Of a DNA stretch of 64,000 bases, positions 28,501 through 42,399 are shown piece by piece (position 1 is the first letter of the stretch; every line of letters starts with the position of its first letter). A program made the translations under genes and the position numbers. This DNA is from Eledone cirrhosa. Lineage: Eukaryota. The DNA is taken from positions 1 to 64,000 of the forward strand of contig CAXHJY010000949.1 in NCBI GenBank assembly GCA_964016885.1. The letters run 5' to 3'. The notes under the pieces were generated by a model. The model ran no database searches. It was not told the origin of the DNA and saw only the letters and a program-made list of their open reading frames with translations.

Positions 28501-28888
28501 TTATATATATATATGTATATATATATATGTATATATATATATTTATTTATATATATATATGTATATATATATATTTATATATATGTAGGAGGTGAGTTTT
28601 ATTGTAGTACAATAAAGCAATGCAGATATCGGATAAGAAGCACTCTACAGTTTGTGGGACTGGAGTATGCATAATATAAGATCAAAAGATGGTTAAAGGA
28701 GTTCAATATATTTTATTATGCGCATTTCAAAAACAAACATCATCAAACAATAATATTTGTGTTTTCATCAGATAAAACAGGAGAACATGATATGAAGGCT
28801 AAAAAAACACTTGTTGATAGTGCAGTTTTAAATCAACATATATATATTTATATATATATATGTATATTTATATATATATATGTATATT

Positions 28889-28942
<54 letters not shown>

Positions 28943-28983
28943 CTTATTCATATATGCTCAAACACACCTATATGTATGTGTAA

Positions 28984-29036
<53 letters not shown>

Positions 29037-29201
29037 TATGAATGAAAATATTTATACATATATATGAATGAAAATATTTATACATATATATGAATGAAAA
29101 TATTTATACATATATATGTATGAAAATATTTATATACATATATATATAAAATGTATATATACACATAAGTATATATATATATATAATAATATATATACAC
29201 G

Positions 29202-29235
<34 letters not shown>

Positions 29236-29260
29236 AGTATGTATATATATATATATATAG
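27895..29260. repeat. TA-rich compound repeats with a local duplication and a 26-bp unit
   Basis: GTGTGCTTATTCATATATGCTCAAACACACC and (ATATATATGAATGAAAATATTTATAC)n occur at both ~28030-28260 and ~28935-29130; interrupted by the unique island 28586-28837. Confidence 0.85.
28711..28777 (-). ncRNA. Type I hammerhead ribozyme motif with long stem II
   Basis: Minus strand: TTTTAT CTGATGA AAACACAAATATTA...TGATGTTTGTTTTT GAAA TGCGCA TA ATAAAA; palindromic ATGCGCAT stem III, AUA triplet. Confidence 0.72.
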
Positions 29261-29542
29261 AGGGAAAGAGAGAGAGAGGCATATTTTCCCAAAGCCCTTA
29301 CTTTCTAGAAATTGAGATTGCTATTTCTGATAAAATCTGATTATTGTGCTTTCCCCCTTCCCTTACCTCTCTCTCTAACCCTCTCTATTACTCTCTCTAA
29401 CCCCCCTCTCTCTATTACTCTCTCTAACCCCTCTCTCTTTATCAGTCTATCTCCTCTCACTCATTCTCTCTTCCTTTTCTGTTACGTTGATTAGGCTTGT
29501 TCTCTTCTTTTCCATGAAAATTGGAACATATATATACTGTCT

Positions 29543-29574
<32 letters not shown>

Positions 29575-30929
29575 ATTAGACTGTTTGCTGCTTAAATCAT
29601 CATCCCAATCAGCATCTTTATTTCCCTTCATCATCATCATCACCATCCACTTTCTCATCATCATAATCATAATAATAATCATCATCATCATCATCACCAA
29701 CAAAACAACCACGATCATTATCCTCACCACCACCACCACCATCATTATCCTCATCATCATCATCAGCATCTTCAATAGTATATTCTGCCTCCCAATTCTC
29801 ATTTTACTATCAATTTTATCCTATGTTAATGTGGTTTCCATAGAAACCAGCAATATTACATTTTTCTATTTGCCTCAATCATATGTTTATGTCCCTAACT
29901 GCCTTGATTTATCTCATTTTGATCACCAATGTCCCTTGATCTTTCTTATTTTACCCATAATTCCCTTCATCTACCCCTACCCCAACTATAGCCCTCCATT
30001 TACTTGGCACATCTAACGAAGATTTTTGCAGATTTCTTTGTCTTCATCTCTAATCCATCTAAGCTCATGAAATTCTTCCCAATTACCTGCTTCCCCTATT
30101 CCAATTGTCCTCAAAATACCCTGCATATTAAACCCGCTACTAAATGTATTACCTGATATTTTCTCCTCACATTTGAATCCCACTAAAACACTCTCATTTC
30201 ACATGTTTTCCCTAATGGCAATAACCCATTTCATACTAACCAGGCCAAAATTGGTTCAGGTTCTATGAAATAAAACCACATATTTTAAAGAGTTCCTATT
30301 TACATTAAAATCTTCCACTATAATCTTATATAAGAACCACATGTTAGATTACTATCTTGGCAAAGAAATGATTAATAATTTTAGTAAATTGCTCAAAATT
30401 CCTCAAGAATTAATTGATATAGATTGTATTTCATTAGAAATACAGTAACACAATAGTTACTCTCGGGTTTTGAATAATTTCTCTCCCGCTTATTAATTTT
30501 TCAGATTTTTTCACCGCTCCACCGCGCACTCTTATTCCAACTCTCTCCACATTAATTATTAAATGTTGCTAATCTATCTCCACTGAAATTTTATTTGAAG
30601 TGGTATCATTCCTGCAAAAATTTATTTTCTTCAGACATTATAAAACATTATGCATGTCAAAAAAAGAACTTTACTAGAAATTTCGTACATTATAAAATAA
30701 ATAGGATGGGTTGAGGTCTCAATATGTAAACTAAATGTTTAATTCTGGTTCTTTAAAAATAATCAATGGAGACATACTAGAAAATTTATCGATTTTCCAC
30801 CCACCACTGTTTATTCTAACCTCTCCTATTATTCAGGACCCGAGAATAACCTACATAATCAATAGAAAAAATATTGATAAGAATCAAGAAATGTATTACC
30901 AAATTTTAATCCTTCATCGATCCCACCAG

Positions 30930-31163
30930 ATCCATCCATCCATCCATCCATCCATCCATCCATCCATCCATCCATCCATCCACCCATCCACACATCCATC
31001 CATCCATCCATCCATCCATCCATCCATCCATCCACCCATCCACACATCCATCCATCCATCCATCCATCCATCCATCCATCCACCCATCCATCCATCCATC
31101 CATCCATCCATCCATCCACACATCCATCCATCCATCCATCCATCCATCCATCCATCCATCCAT
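30930..31163. repeat. (CCAT)n tetranucleotide microsatellite
   Basis: Direct reading. Confidence 0.96.
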
Positions 31164-31164
31164 T

Positions 31165-32680
31165 ACTGCAGGAATACAAAAGGCTCACAGGAGCAAAACT
31201 GAACTCGGACAAGTCTGTTGGTTTGCAACTCGGAACGTGGAGAGGCAAACCAATGCCGTCCAGCAGCGTCGTCGGACACTGGACAGAAGGACCAGTGAAA
31301 TTGCCTGGGGTCTGGTTCGGTCCGGACCTCCAGGTGGAGAAAAACTGGAACAAGGTCACGGCCAAGGTATTTACGCTCACCCAGAAGCGGGCATAGTGCA
31401 AACTATCCTTGAAAGGTCGAGCGGAGGTGGCGAACACTTTCATAGCGTCCGTAATATACTACCGCTTGACCGTCGTGCCTTGTTCCCGTGAGCACCTTGT
31501 CAAGATGGAACACATGCTCTTCCAGTTCCTTTGGAAGAAGCAGGCTCCACTGGTGAGGAGATCCGTCTGCTGTCAGCACCCTTCCAACGGAGGGCTGGGA
31601 ATGCCGTGGCTGATGATGCGCAAACATGTGCTGAGGGTATGGCACCTTCAGGTGTGCACCGTATGTGAGACAGACCTTCCCGCAGCTTGTCTCACTGACG
31701 GAGCTGCAGACTGAAGAAAATGGGCACCTGGCACATTGAATGCACTCAGGCGCTCACAGTCCTCTGTCAGGCGGGCACAGCAATAAGTGGAGACTCCACT
31801 TTGACATTCTATAGAGGGTTAGTACGTCACAAGTGCAACGATGTGCTTCGAGAGACTCTGGGCGTCGAAGACGATGAGCACACCAGTCTGTTCGGTAGAA
31901 CTTTCCGCCCGGGACCTATGGACAACTTCCAAAGGTCCCTGGCCTGGCAGTGCTACCGAGGAGCTCTACCAGTCCAAGACACGATCTACAGGCACGGACG
32001 CCCCAGCAGAGATCCTTCCAAGAGGCGAGCAGGACATTGAAACTGTCTTGCACGCAATTGTACATTGCCCGGGCATAACTGACCTGTGGAACTACGCAGA
32101 ACAACTGCTGTCGCGTATGGGACAAATCCAGTTGACTGCCGAGTCCATAGTAAGGATCAAACTGCCAACTTCTTTCAAAAACGAAAGAGAGGCTGTTTTC
32201 CTCTTATAGTGGCTATGGTGAAAGAGGTTATATGGTAGACCTGATTGAGAGGACTGAGGACAGATGCCTTTCTTTCCAGACAACAACTCATTCCCTTCTT
32301 TAGGTACCACTTTAGAAGGAGAAGCAGACTGGAGAGAGAGGCACTGCACCCCAGTAAATTTACTGAAAGGTGGGTGAATGTAGCAAAAATGGCCCGAGTG
32401 ATTGGGCCTTCTCTGTATATAAACTTGTAGGTTGAAGAAGAGAGCAAAAGGAAGAAAGGAGCACTTGCACAACACGCTCCTGAAGTTGAGGATTGTTCTA
32501 TCGATGGGGTATTAAACAACCCATTTGTAACGCCCCCCCCCCCCCCCACCCTATTGGGGATTTCGATTGTTAAATTTGTTTGTTTTAATAATATTTTTAC
32601 ATGACTGTATGTAAAATCCCCGGCATATGTCTTTGTATTGTCCCCTTTTCTTGTGCACCCTTGTGGCAAATAAAGAAATA
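31165..32680 (+). mobile_element. L1/Tx1-clade LINE 3' fragment, decayed
   Basis: [35 protein letters not shown], zf-RVT-like AWQCYRGALPV and ETVLHAIVHCP across shifted frames; AATAAA at ~32669 followed by (TCTA)n. Confidence 0.85.
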
Positions 32681-33787
32681 TATCTATCTATCTATCTATC
32701 TATCTATCAATATATCTATCTATCTATGTATGTATCTCTTTATCTATCTATCTATGCTGACTGCCAATTTGACCAAAACATATAAACATATCAGATATTG
32801 AATAAGGTTTACAAACACACACTTTGTTGGCTTTGAACAGGCCACATTCTTTTAATCTCTGTTATATCAACTTTATGGCATTATTTATTCCACTGCCAAA
32901 ATTACTATTCTGAAAGAGAGGGAGAGAGAGAGAGTGGACATTTGAAAACTGGTCTTAAAATGGCTATCAAGGTTGGAGGTGCAATTTATTTTCAAGGATG
33001 CATCAACCATAAATAAGATCTTCCAATTCATGGAGACTACAAAAAGATTTAACAATAGAAACACTTAACCGTTCCTTATCTATCCCGTTCCCCCACTTCC
33101 ATTGTTTTTGTTCTGTTGGGATTTTCTTTTCTCTCTCTTTTTTATTTCTTATATATCAGATATATATATTATATATACAATATTAGATATATACGATATA
33201 TGTATTATATATATACAATACTAGATATATAGGATATATGTATTATATATCAGATATATATATTATATATTTAATATATTAGATACATAAGATATATTTA
33301 TTATAAGATATAAGATATCTTTCTCAGTCTGACATGGTTTACCAGTTTACACAGATGTTTATGTGAATGCAGCTTGGTTCTATGATTAAGAAGTTTGTTT
33401 TCACCATCATTCACTCCTAGATTTGATTCTACTATGTGACATCATGAGCAAGCGTTATTGACCATAGCATATGGTTAACCCAAAATGAACCCCCATACCA
33501 TGCACACAAGACTACTATACTAGCATGGAAAGCAGATATAAAAGGATGATGATGATGATAGTTTTATCATAGAAGCAACAGTGTTAAGTGCTGAAGAAGA
33601 TTATTCTGAAATCATTCAGTCTTGGTTCAAACCATCTGTGTGACATCTTGATCAAGTGTCATTTACCATAGCTCTGGGTCAAACTATATCTTGGGTGTAA
33701 ACCTAGGTAGGGAGAAACAAGGCAGTTCAGGTTTTGTGTGCCTCTCATATAACAACATATAGACCCACCCCCCATATATGTTCCATC

Positions 33788-34091
33788 CAGAGGTGTAACT
33801 ATGGCATGGCAAGCATAGCACATATCATGGGCACCATTTAAAGAGTGATGTCACCATTTAGACTAGGAACACTTTCTATTAAAGTCAAATAAGCTATCAT
33901 TTGAGAGTGAAAAAAGAAACTTTTCAGATGTATGATCTGTCTTTGATTATCATGAGTGAGAAGAAGCACTATGGCAGCTGGATCATTAAACCATTTATAT
34001 AAATTATTAGACTCATAGGAAAAAATCCAGAGCTAGGCAGGGACACAATCTCACTGCTTGCATAGGTGCTAATTTCCTAGTTATGTCTCTG
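33788..34091. mobile_element. hAT-like MITE (~304 bp)
   Basis: Imperfect TIRs CAGAGGTGTAACTA / TAGTTATGTCTCTG; degenerate 8-bp TSD GTTCCATC / ATTCCATA. Confidence 0.65.
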
Positions 34092-34094
34092 ATT

Positions 34095-34164
<70 letters not shown>

Positions 34165-34189
34165 ACATATATATATAAACAAATAACAA

Positions 34190-34343
34190 ATAAGATGTGG
34201 TAAGATACCAGGTGGACCATAATGCACCAGAGTATTCAATACTTAGGGTAGTAGAGTGGGTAATATGAAAAGAGTCGGGACCCGACGGCTGAGCTCCAGC
34301 TGTTTTGACAGCTAGATCCGAACTCGGATCTGACTCTTTTCAT
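34190..34343 (-). repeat. Hairpin-plus-tail dispersed repeat, copy 1
   Basis: Shares GACGGCTGAGCTC and CAGAGTA(T/C)TCAATACTTAGGGTAGTAGAGTGGGTAAT with the copies at 40289, 42400 and 50704. Confidence 0.8.
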
Positions 34344-34548
34344 TTCTAAACATATGTGTCTATATATATATATTCACAGCAGGAAGAGGAGGGAGGAGAA
34401 GAATCCCAGTTCAGAGAGGGAGGGCCTCTGTTTGGTGAGGGTGGCCCATGGCATTGCTCCCTATCCCTAATAAATCCAGTCCTGATTGGAAGGACTGTGC
34501 CTATAATTTAAAGTGACATCAATGTCATGCTGAATCTATGCAGGAATT

Positions 34549-34962
34549 ATGTTAAGGGTACACATGTAGGTTGAATGTTAAGGGTACACATGTAGGTTGA
34601 ATGTTAAGGGTACACATGTTGATTGGATGTTAAGGGTACACATGTTGATTGGATGTTAAGGGTACACATGTAGGTTGAATGATAAGGGTACACATGTTGA
34701 TTGGATGTTAAGGGTACACATGTAGGTTGAATGTTAAGGGTACACATGTTGATTGGATGTTAAGGGTACACATGTAGGTTGAATGTTAAGGGTACACATG
34801 TTGATTGGATGTTAAGGGTACACATGTAGGTTGAATGTTAAGGGTACACATGTTGATTGGATGTTAAGGGTACACATGTAGGTTGAATGTTAAGGGTACA
34901 CATGTTGATTGAATGTGAAGGGTAAACATGTAGGTTGAATGTTAAGGGTATACATGTTGATT
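34549..34962. repeat. 26-bp minisatellite, two variants mostly alternating (52-bp dimer)
   Basis: ATGTTAAGGGTACACATG followed by TAGGTTGA or TTGATTGG, ~16 units. Confidence 0.95.
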
Positions 34963-35288
34963 AGGAAAGTCTTAGGGAGTGAAAGTGTGAGTGAGAGAAA
35001 GAGAAAATGAGAGACCATGTAAGTGAAGGAGAAGTGAGTGAGTGAGGGAGTGAAAATGTGAGTGAGGGAGGGAAAGTGTGAGAGAAGGAAATGTGTTTCC
35101 ACCTGTAATATTCATGTTGATGTTTTCATGTTAACCAAAATGTTACAACCTAGTTTCAAATCAATCTGTCAAATGCTATGAAACAAACAAACAAAAGTAA
35201 AAATAAAAATCCAAAAAATTCAGGAAAAAAAATCGAAATTAAATACAATAAAAACAACAACAATTACAAAAGAAGAATAAAAATTTAA

Positions 35289-35319
<31 letters not shown>

Positions 35320-36134
35320 CAAACAAAAAAAAACTATGTGAAAACAATGTCTAAAGACTGCAGTGGTAAATCGACATTTAGCGATGCCACTGATAAAGAA
35401 TCTGGTATCAGCTATTATGGTGTAGGAAGTGTTTGGTAATTGAGTGTAAAATACTATATGGAATCAATAGTTAGAATGTAAGACATTACTGTGGTGCCTT
35501 AATGAGTTGAATGTCGAGTCTAGGAAGTAATATGATTAAATGTCTCTGGGAATTAAGTATCGGTGAAACATTTAGTCTTGCAATTCCAATAGCCATTCTT
35601 GCCTTTATAGTAATTTACAAAATCGATCAGCAACCAATATATTGTAGGTTTGCCGGTTCCAATAACATTTTCCTTACTCTCATTTCTGCTTTCTATCTTT
35701 TTCCTTTTTTCCTTTTTTTTTCTTACTTCTTCTTTTTTGGGGTGGGTGGGGGTGGGTGGGGGTATTTTATGTTGCATTTATTTTTCTTGTCTTTTTCTTT
35801 TATCTTTTGTCACTTTTCTTTGGTGGAAAATTCTTTGTCTAAAAGACTTCCTGTTGTTGTTGTGGTCCCACTGTTAATAATGTATAATAAATTGCATGGG
35901 GAAGAAAAAGTGTTTTTAGTACTCTTATTCATCCCCTAAAAAAAGTAAGGTAGAGAAATGCCCCCCCCCCCCCCGGACAACATGCTCCTCCACCCCACCC
36001 GTAGGATTTTCTTGAATGAAACACCTATAAACTACGGTGTCTATTGAAGTCTGGTGTTTTCATTTTATTTTGCATAAAACCAATTTGTCTTTGTCAATTG
36101 TACTCTTACAATCTATGTAGACCACATATTTAGA

Positions 36135-36699
36135 CTGTTACTACTACAACTACTACTACTACTGTTACTTCTACAACTACTGTTACTACTACTACTACTA
36201 CTGTTACTAGTACAACTACCACTACTACTGTTACTAGTACAACTACCACTACTACTGTTACTAGTACAACTACTACTATTACTACTACTACTACAACTAC
36301 TGTTACTACTACTATTACTACTGTTACTGTTATGACTACTACTACTGGTGTTACTGTTACTACTACTGGTGTTACTGCTACTACTACTGCTGTTACTGCT
36401 ACTAATACTGCTGTTACTGCTACTACTACTACTGTTACTGCTACTACTACTGCTGCTACTACTACTACTTCTACTGCTACTATTGCTGCTACTACTGCTG
36501 TTGCTATTACTAATACTACTACTACTAATACTACTACTACTGCTACTGTTACGATTACTGCTACTACTACTGCTGTTACTGCTGCTACTACTACTACAAA
36601 AACTACTACTACTAATGTCACTGCTGCTGCTGCTACTACTACTACTACTACCACCACTAATATTACTACTGTGGTTGCTACTACTACTACTACTACTAC
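36135..36699. repeat. (CTA/CTG)n trinucleotide low-complexity tract
   Basis: Direct reading. Confidence 0.95.
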
Positions 36700-36789
36700 A
36701 TTTTAACTGGTATTTAGTCATATTGGTTCTCAATGGAGAATCAATAAACTTCTAACTATTGAGACACCAATAAGCAGAAATAGATCTTT

Positions 36790-37143
36790 ATAAACAACCA
36801 AGTAATAAATGTTGTTGGATCTCCACCAGTTCCAACGATGAGTGCACTTTTGTTGGAGCAATGGAACAGACTACTTGCAAAATTAACATGCAAGTGATTG
36901 AGCATTCCACATATACGTGTGCATCCTTGACATAATTCTCAGGGAGATTCAGTGTGACATAGTATGCAACAAAGCTGAACCATTGAATTACAGGTACAGT
37001 CCATTGGGTGGGCTTCCAAAGATTTCCCATCAACCCAATTTCACTCATAAATCATGGGTCACCATGAGGCTATGGTAAATGACCCATGCTCAAGACACTG
37101 TGGGATTGAACTGATGCAAAGTAATCTTCTTAACCATTCAGCC
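36790..37143 (-). mobile_element. Decayed tRNA-derived SINE
   Basis: Minus-strand GGCTGAATGGTTAAG and GTTCAATCCC boxes; body homologous to 34490-34570. Confidence 0.55.
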
Positions 37144-37224
37144 ATTGTTTCCATGTTGAATTATCATCACCACTGTCATTTCATATACATATTAGTCTAT
37201 TACTCTACTACGTGCTCCAGGTGA

Positions 37225-37273
<49 letters not shown>

Positions 37274-37395
37274 GTATGAATATGTGTGTGTGTGTATATA
37301 TATGTGTATGTAAAAGCTAAACAGAAATAACAACACAGTCAGTACAGTATATGGAAGGAATATATTAGGTTAACACTTGAAATAGCAGGAAGAGG

Positions 37396-37431
37396 TCTTA
37401 ATGTTTCGAACACTAGTCCTTCATCAGAAGA
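37396..37431 (-). ncRNA. Degenerate minimal hammerhead motif
   Basis: Minus strand: TCTT CTGATGA AGGAC TAGT GTTC GAAAC ATT AAGA; stem III broken, possibly CpG decay of AACGTT. Confidence 0.45.
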
Positions 37432-37545
37432 AAGAATGAGAAATTAGATAGATTGAAGGGACGGGTGGGGTGGAATTGGAAAAACTGCTTTTAGAGAAAA
37501 ATAACAGGTCCATTCATGTTGCCATCTCTTGGAAGCATACATATG

Positions 37546-37589
<44 letters not shown>

Positions 37590-37792
37590 TATGTATATAC
37601 ATATGTATATACATATGTATATAGAGAGAGGGGGAGAGGGAGTGTATGTGTTTAATGATCTACATGATAAATGCAACCAATACACACTGTAAAGAGATTT
37701 GTGATTGAAAAGGCATCCAGCCATAGAAAGCTTGCCACACAAGAGATGGTGAAGAGCTTCTGTTAGGTCAAAGACATGACAACCTCTCTTTT

Positions 37793-38008
37793 GCATGTCG
37801 TGTAATATATGACTGTACATAAGCAGATCCCTGTCCCAGCTGGGAAGCATGTCGTGTAATATATGACTGTACATAAGCAGATCCCTGTCCCAGCTGGGAG
37901 GCATGTCGTGTAATATATGACTGTACATAAGCAGATCCCTGTCCCAGCTGGGAGGCATGTCGTGTAATATATGACTGTACATAAGCAGATCCCTGTCCCA
38001 GCTGGGAG
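37793..38008. repeat. 54-bp minisatellite x4
   Basis: GCATGTCGTGTAATATATGACTGTACATAAGCAGATCCCTGTCCCAGCTGGGA(G/A). Confidence 0.95.
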
Positions 38009-38213
38009 ATCAGTAGCCCGCTTCAGTTTTGACTTGGTCTATGTAAACCCACCGACCCTTGCTAGCAAGGAAAGCAGATATTAAAATGACAATGATGATA
38101 TGTGTGTGTGTGTGCGTGTGTGTATATATATAGAGAGAGGGGGGGGGGATATTTATATACATCTATGTATATATACACATCTGTGTATTTATACACATTT
38201 CTTTATTTATATG

Positions 38214-38490
38214 CATCATCATCATCACCATTTTCCGTCCGTTCTTCCACGCTAGCATGGGTTAGACGGGTTGTCCTGTTGTGGGCAGTGTCTGGTCGGC
38301 TGACCTTGTCTTGCTCATACGGGAACTGATTCTGGCTTGATTTCTACAGCTGGATGCCCTTCCTAACACCAACCTCATTTACAGTGAGTGCTGGGTGCTT
38401 TTTTTCCGTGGCGCCTACATGTCCACTTTTCAGTATGGGCTGGGTGCTTTTTTGCCGTGGCACCTCCACGACCATTTTGCAGTGGAAGGG
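38214..38490 (-). mobile_element. SINE/RTE-type 3' tail fragment
   Basis: GGATGCCCTTCCTAACACCAACC block and (ATC)n end. Confidence 0.8.
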
Positions 38491-38838
38491 TGTGAGGGCA
38501 TATTGTCTATATGCTTGTATATATTTATTCACATACATGGCTATGTCTATATACATACATATGTAAATATATACTCACATGGGTGTTTATTTCTTCTATA
38601 TTTAGTTACAATGTGCAAGTTGTTTCTGCTATCAAAATGTCTCTTCAGAGAAATGTGATATGAAGGGGGAATTCAATATCTGAAACACATATGCTATAAC
38701 AAAATCTTATTTTCTTTGTTTCTAGCACTGAGTTCTTTTTGATTTATTTAATTGTTGATTCCCAAGTCAAACGATGAGGTCACTGAATCTATACATATAT
38801 ACATATATGAACACACACATAGACATATATATGTCAAA

Positions 38839-38869
<31 letters not shown>

Positions 38870-38981
38870 CACACATGTACAAATACATAATTATATGTGT
38901 GTGCATATGTATGTGTGTGTATAAATACAAATACATACTCTCATACAGTGATACACACACATAAATATATACACATATATA

Positions 38982-39032
<51 letters not shown>

Positions 39033-39686
39033 TTACAGTTGACTGACAATTTCTTTTTCAATTTGAAATCAATAACAATGAGATATATGAAAGAAGAAAA
39101 TTATATTGGCTATTTTGGAAACAGAAATCTTTACAGATCAATAATTCAGCTTCATCATCATCATCATCATCACAATCACCCCCACCACAACCACCACCAT
39201 TATTGTCATCATCACAACACCCACAATCACTATCATTCCCACCACAACCATCATCATCATCACAAGCACTATGATCCTCACCATAACCACCATCATCATT
39301 ATCATCACCACCACTGCCAACAACCACAACAACAACCTTCACCACTATTACCATATTGTAATTCAATATGAGGGAAAATGGAAAATTTGAAAAAAAATAT
39401 CAGATAGAGAATAAAAAATAAATAAATGCAAATGATAATAATAATGATAATGATAAAAACTAAATAATTAAAAATTATTTATTTTAAATATTTTGAAGTA
39501 AAAATATTGCCAAACTAATTAACCTAAATGTAAAGATGGATACAATTTAGTTGTGTAGAAGGATGGTTTTATATATATATGTGTGTGTGTGTGTATTTAT
39601 GTGTGTGTATAGTGGTGGTCATGATGATGATAGTGATGATGATAATGTCTACGAATGTGAAAGTCTCTCTGAGTGCATTATACACA

Positions 39687-39691
<5 letters not shown>

Positions 39692-39780
<89 letters not shown>

Positions 39781-39791
39781 GTGTGTGTATG

Positions 39792-39824
<33 letters not shown>

Positions 39825-39853
39825 ATGTATATATATATGTGTGTGTGTGCATG

Positions 39854-39932
<79 letters not shown>

Positions 39933-39935
39933 ATG

Positions 39936-39966
<31 letters not shown>

Positions 39967-39969
39967 ATG

Positions 39970-40000
<31 letters not shown>

Positions 40001-40079
40001 ATATATATATATATATATGTATATACATGTATGCATGTGTGTGTATGTATATATATATATATGTATATACATGTATGCA

Positions 40080-40124
<45 letters not shown>

Positions 40125-40162
40125 ATGTATATATATATATAATATATATACATATGTATGCA

Positions 40163-40215
<53 letters not shown>

Positions 40216-40280
40216 ATGTATATATATATATATATATGTATATACATATGTATGCATGTGTGTGTATATATATATATATA
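39692..40280. repeat. (CT)n then mixed (TG)n/(TA)n microsatellite
   Basis: Direct reading. Confidence 0.95.
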
Positions 40281-40692
40281 TTATGCCATTTCAACAGCTG
40301 GAACTAACTGTTGAAACAGCAAGAGCTCAGCCGTTGGGTCATGACTTTTTATAATATAACCACGCTCTACTACCCCATGTATTGAGTACTCTGATGAGTA
40401 ATGATCTAATTAGTTTCTAACTGAATCCATCCTTATTTATATATATATATATATAATAAGATGTAGATAATGGGGAAGAGGAGGAGGCTGAAGAGCAGTA
40501 TATAAAGAGTAGTCAAAAGGAAAGAGTTATAACTATGGTGCTGATGATGATGGTAATGATAAGGATAATGGCAGTAATGAATGTTTTGGTGAAGATAATA
40601 TGAAAGATGTTAATATGCATTTGGAAGGTTAGTGTAGAATAATGGAAACCAGGATAGAATTCTATGGATAAATGGAATTGATTGCTACAAAT

Positions 40693-41160
40693 ATCATCAT
40701 CATCATCGTTTAACTTCCATTTTCCACTCTAGCAAGTTGGGTCAGGTGACCGTGTTTTGCTCATATAGAACTGTTTCTTGTTTGGTTTCTGCGCCAACCT
40801 GATACAGTGAGGACTGGATGCTTTTTGTCATGAGACCTACATGACCACTTAACAGTGTGGGCTGGGTGCTTTTTGTCATGACACCAACATGACTACTTTA
40901 CAGTGTGGGCTGAGCACTTTTTATTGTGATACCTACACAACCGTTTTACAGTGAGGACTGGGTGCTTTTTGTCATGACACATACATGACCACTTTACAGT
41001 GTGGGCTGGGTGCTTTTTGTCATGACACCTACATGATCACTTTACAGTGTGGGCTGGGTGCTTTTTATTGTGATACCTACACAACCGTTTTACAGTGAGG
41101 ACTGGGTGCTTTTTGTCATGACACATACATGACCACTTTACAGTGTGGGCTGGGTGCTTT
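40693..41160 (-). mobile_element. RTE-tail-derived fragment with an amplified ~48-bp subrepeat (~8x)
   Basis: ACAGTGTGGGCTGGGTGCTTTTTGTCATGACACCTACATGACCACTTT units resemble the RTE 3' UTR subrepeat; similar array at 50385-50695. Confidence 0.8.
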
Positions 41161-41194
41161 AAGTTATATACATGACAATAGAAGATATGTGAAG

Positions 41195-41490
41195 GTACAT
41201 GGTTTAATGGTTAGTACATTGAGGCTGCAATCAGGAGGTTGTGAGTTTGATTCTAGGACCAGGTGATGTGTTGTGTCTTTGAGCAAGTCTCTTTATTTCC
41301 TCTTACTCCAGTTTACTCAGCTGTAGAAATGAGTGGTGCTGTATAGGCCATTGCTTTTCCCTTGGACAACATCGGTGGTGTGGAGAAGGGAGGCTGGTAA
41401 AACAACCATGATGCACTTTTACCTCAGAGGAGAACTTTCTAGATGCAAATCCCATGGTCATTTGTGACCGAAGGAGGTCTTGACCCATTA
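41195..41490 (+). mobile_element. tRNA-derived SINE with the same head and core but a different tail
   Basis: CATGGTTTAATGGTTAG, GAGTTTGATTC, CTTTGAGCAAGTCTCTTT, CTCCAGTTTACTCAGCTGTAGAAATGAG. Confidence 0.75.
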
Positions 41491-41885
41491 CTCTTTATAG
41501 AAGACATATAATATATATGGCAGCATGACCCTCCCAGAGTATAACAATATCTGTTTCAACACAGATAAGACATCTGGCAAAACAAATTAAATATAGTATT
41601 ATTTTTAAGGTTCATGTAAAATAGACCATTCTTCAACAAGATGTAATTCTCGTAGAACATTTTTAGATTTTCAAGATTTTTAATATTTTCACCTAAAGTA
41701 GAAGGAAAGTTAAAATCTCAGAAAAGTAGTAATATATATGTACCATATTGTAGTAAATATATTCACTCTAAATAATGCAATGTCTACTACTAGTGTTTTT
41801 GAAAACACTTCATGAAAGCACTTAAAAATTATTATAATGTGTATACAATTACAGTGAAAGATGAACTAACAGATTCTTACTAGTT

Positions 41886-42140
41886 ATGTATGTACATATG
41901 TATTTATTTATGTATGTATGTATGCATATATGTATGTGTGTATGTATGTATGTATGTATTTATGTATGCATGTATGCATGTATGTGTATGTATATATGTA
42001 TGTATGTACATATGTATGTATGTATGCATGCATGTATATATATGTATGCATGCATGCATGCATATACGTATGTATTTATGTCTGTATGTATGTATGCATG
42101 TATGTATGTACATATGTATGTAGGTAGGTAGGTAGGTAGG
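41886..42140. repeat. (TATG)n/(TAGG)n microsatellite
   Basis: Direct reading. Confidence 0.93.
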
Positions 42141-42399
42141 TCTCTAGGTAGGAAGGTAAGTAGGCAAGTAGGTAGGTGGGTAGGTAGGTAGGTCAGTACG
42201 GAGGGGGGTGGGGTGTAACTGGGATTTGGGTAGGTTTGTATCTAGGCTGGTACTTGGGTATGTAGGTAGTTTAAAAGGCAGGTAGATAGATATGTACATA
42301 GATATTTATGTAGGTAAATAGGTATATATGTGGGTAAATAGCTGGGTAAGTACACATGTATATGTATAAATATATCTATATCTATATATATATATAACG

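Noticed and set aside
33588-33622. CTGAAGA-AGATTATTCT-GAAA hammerhead-like string
   Set aside because: Stem I only 2 bp, no proper stem III, and it lies in a decayed tRNA-SINE head; likely chance.
34549-34962. Interstitial telomere (TTAAGGG)
   Set aside because: The motif occurs once per 26-bp unit and derives from a dispersed repeat, not (TTAGGG)n.
36113-36755. Poly-Ser/Thr/Leu/Val ORFs (mucin-like)
   Set aside because: Trinucleotide tract open in several frames; no domain evidence.
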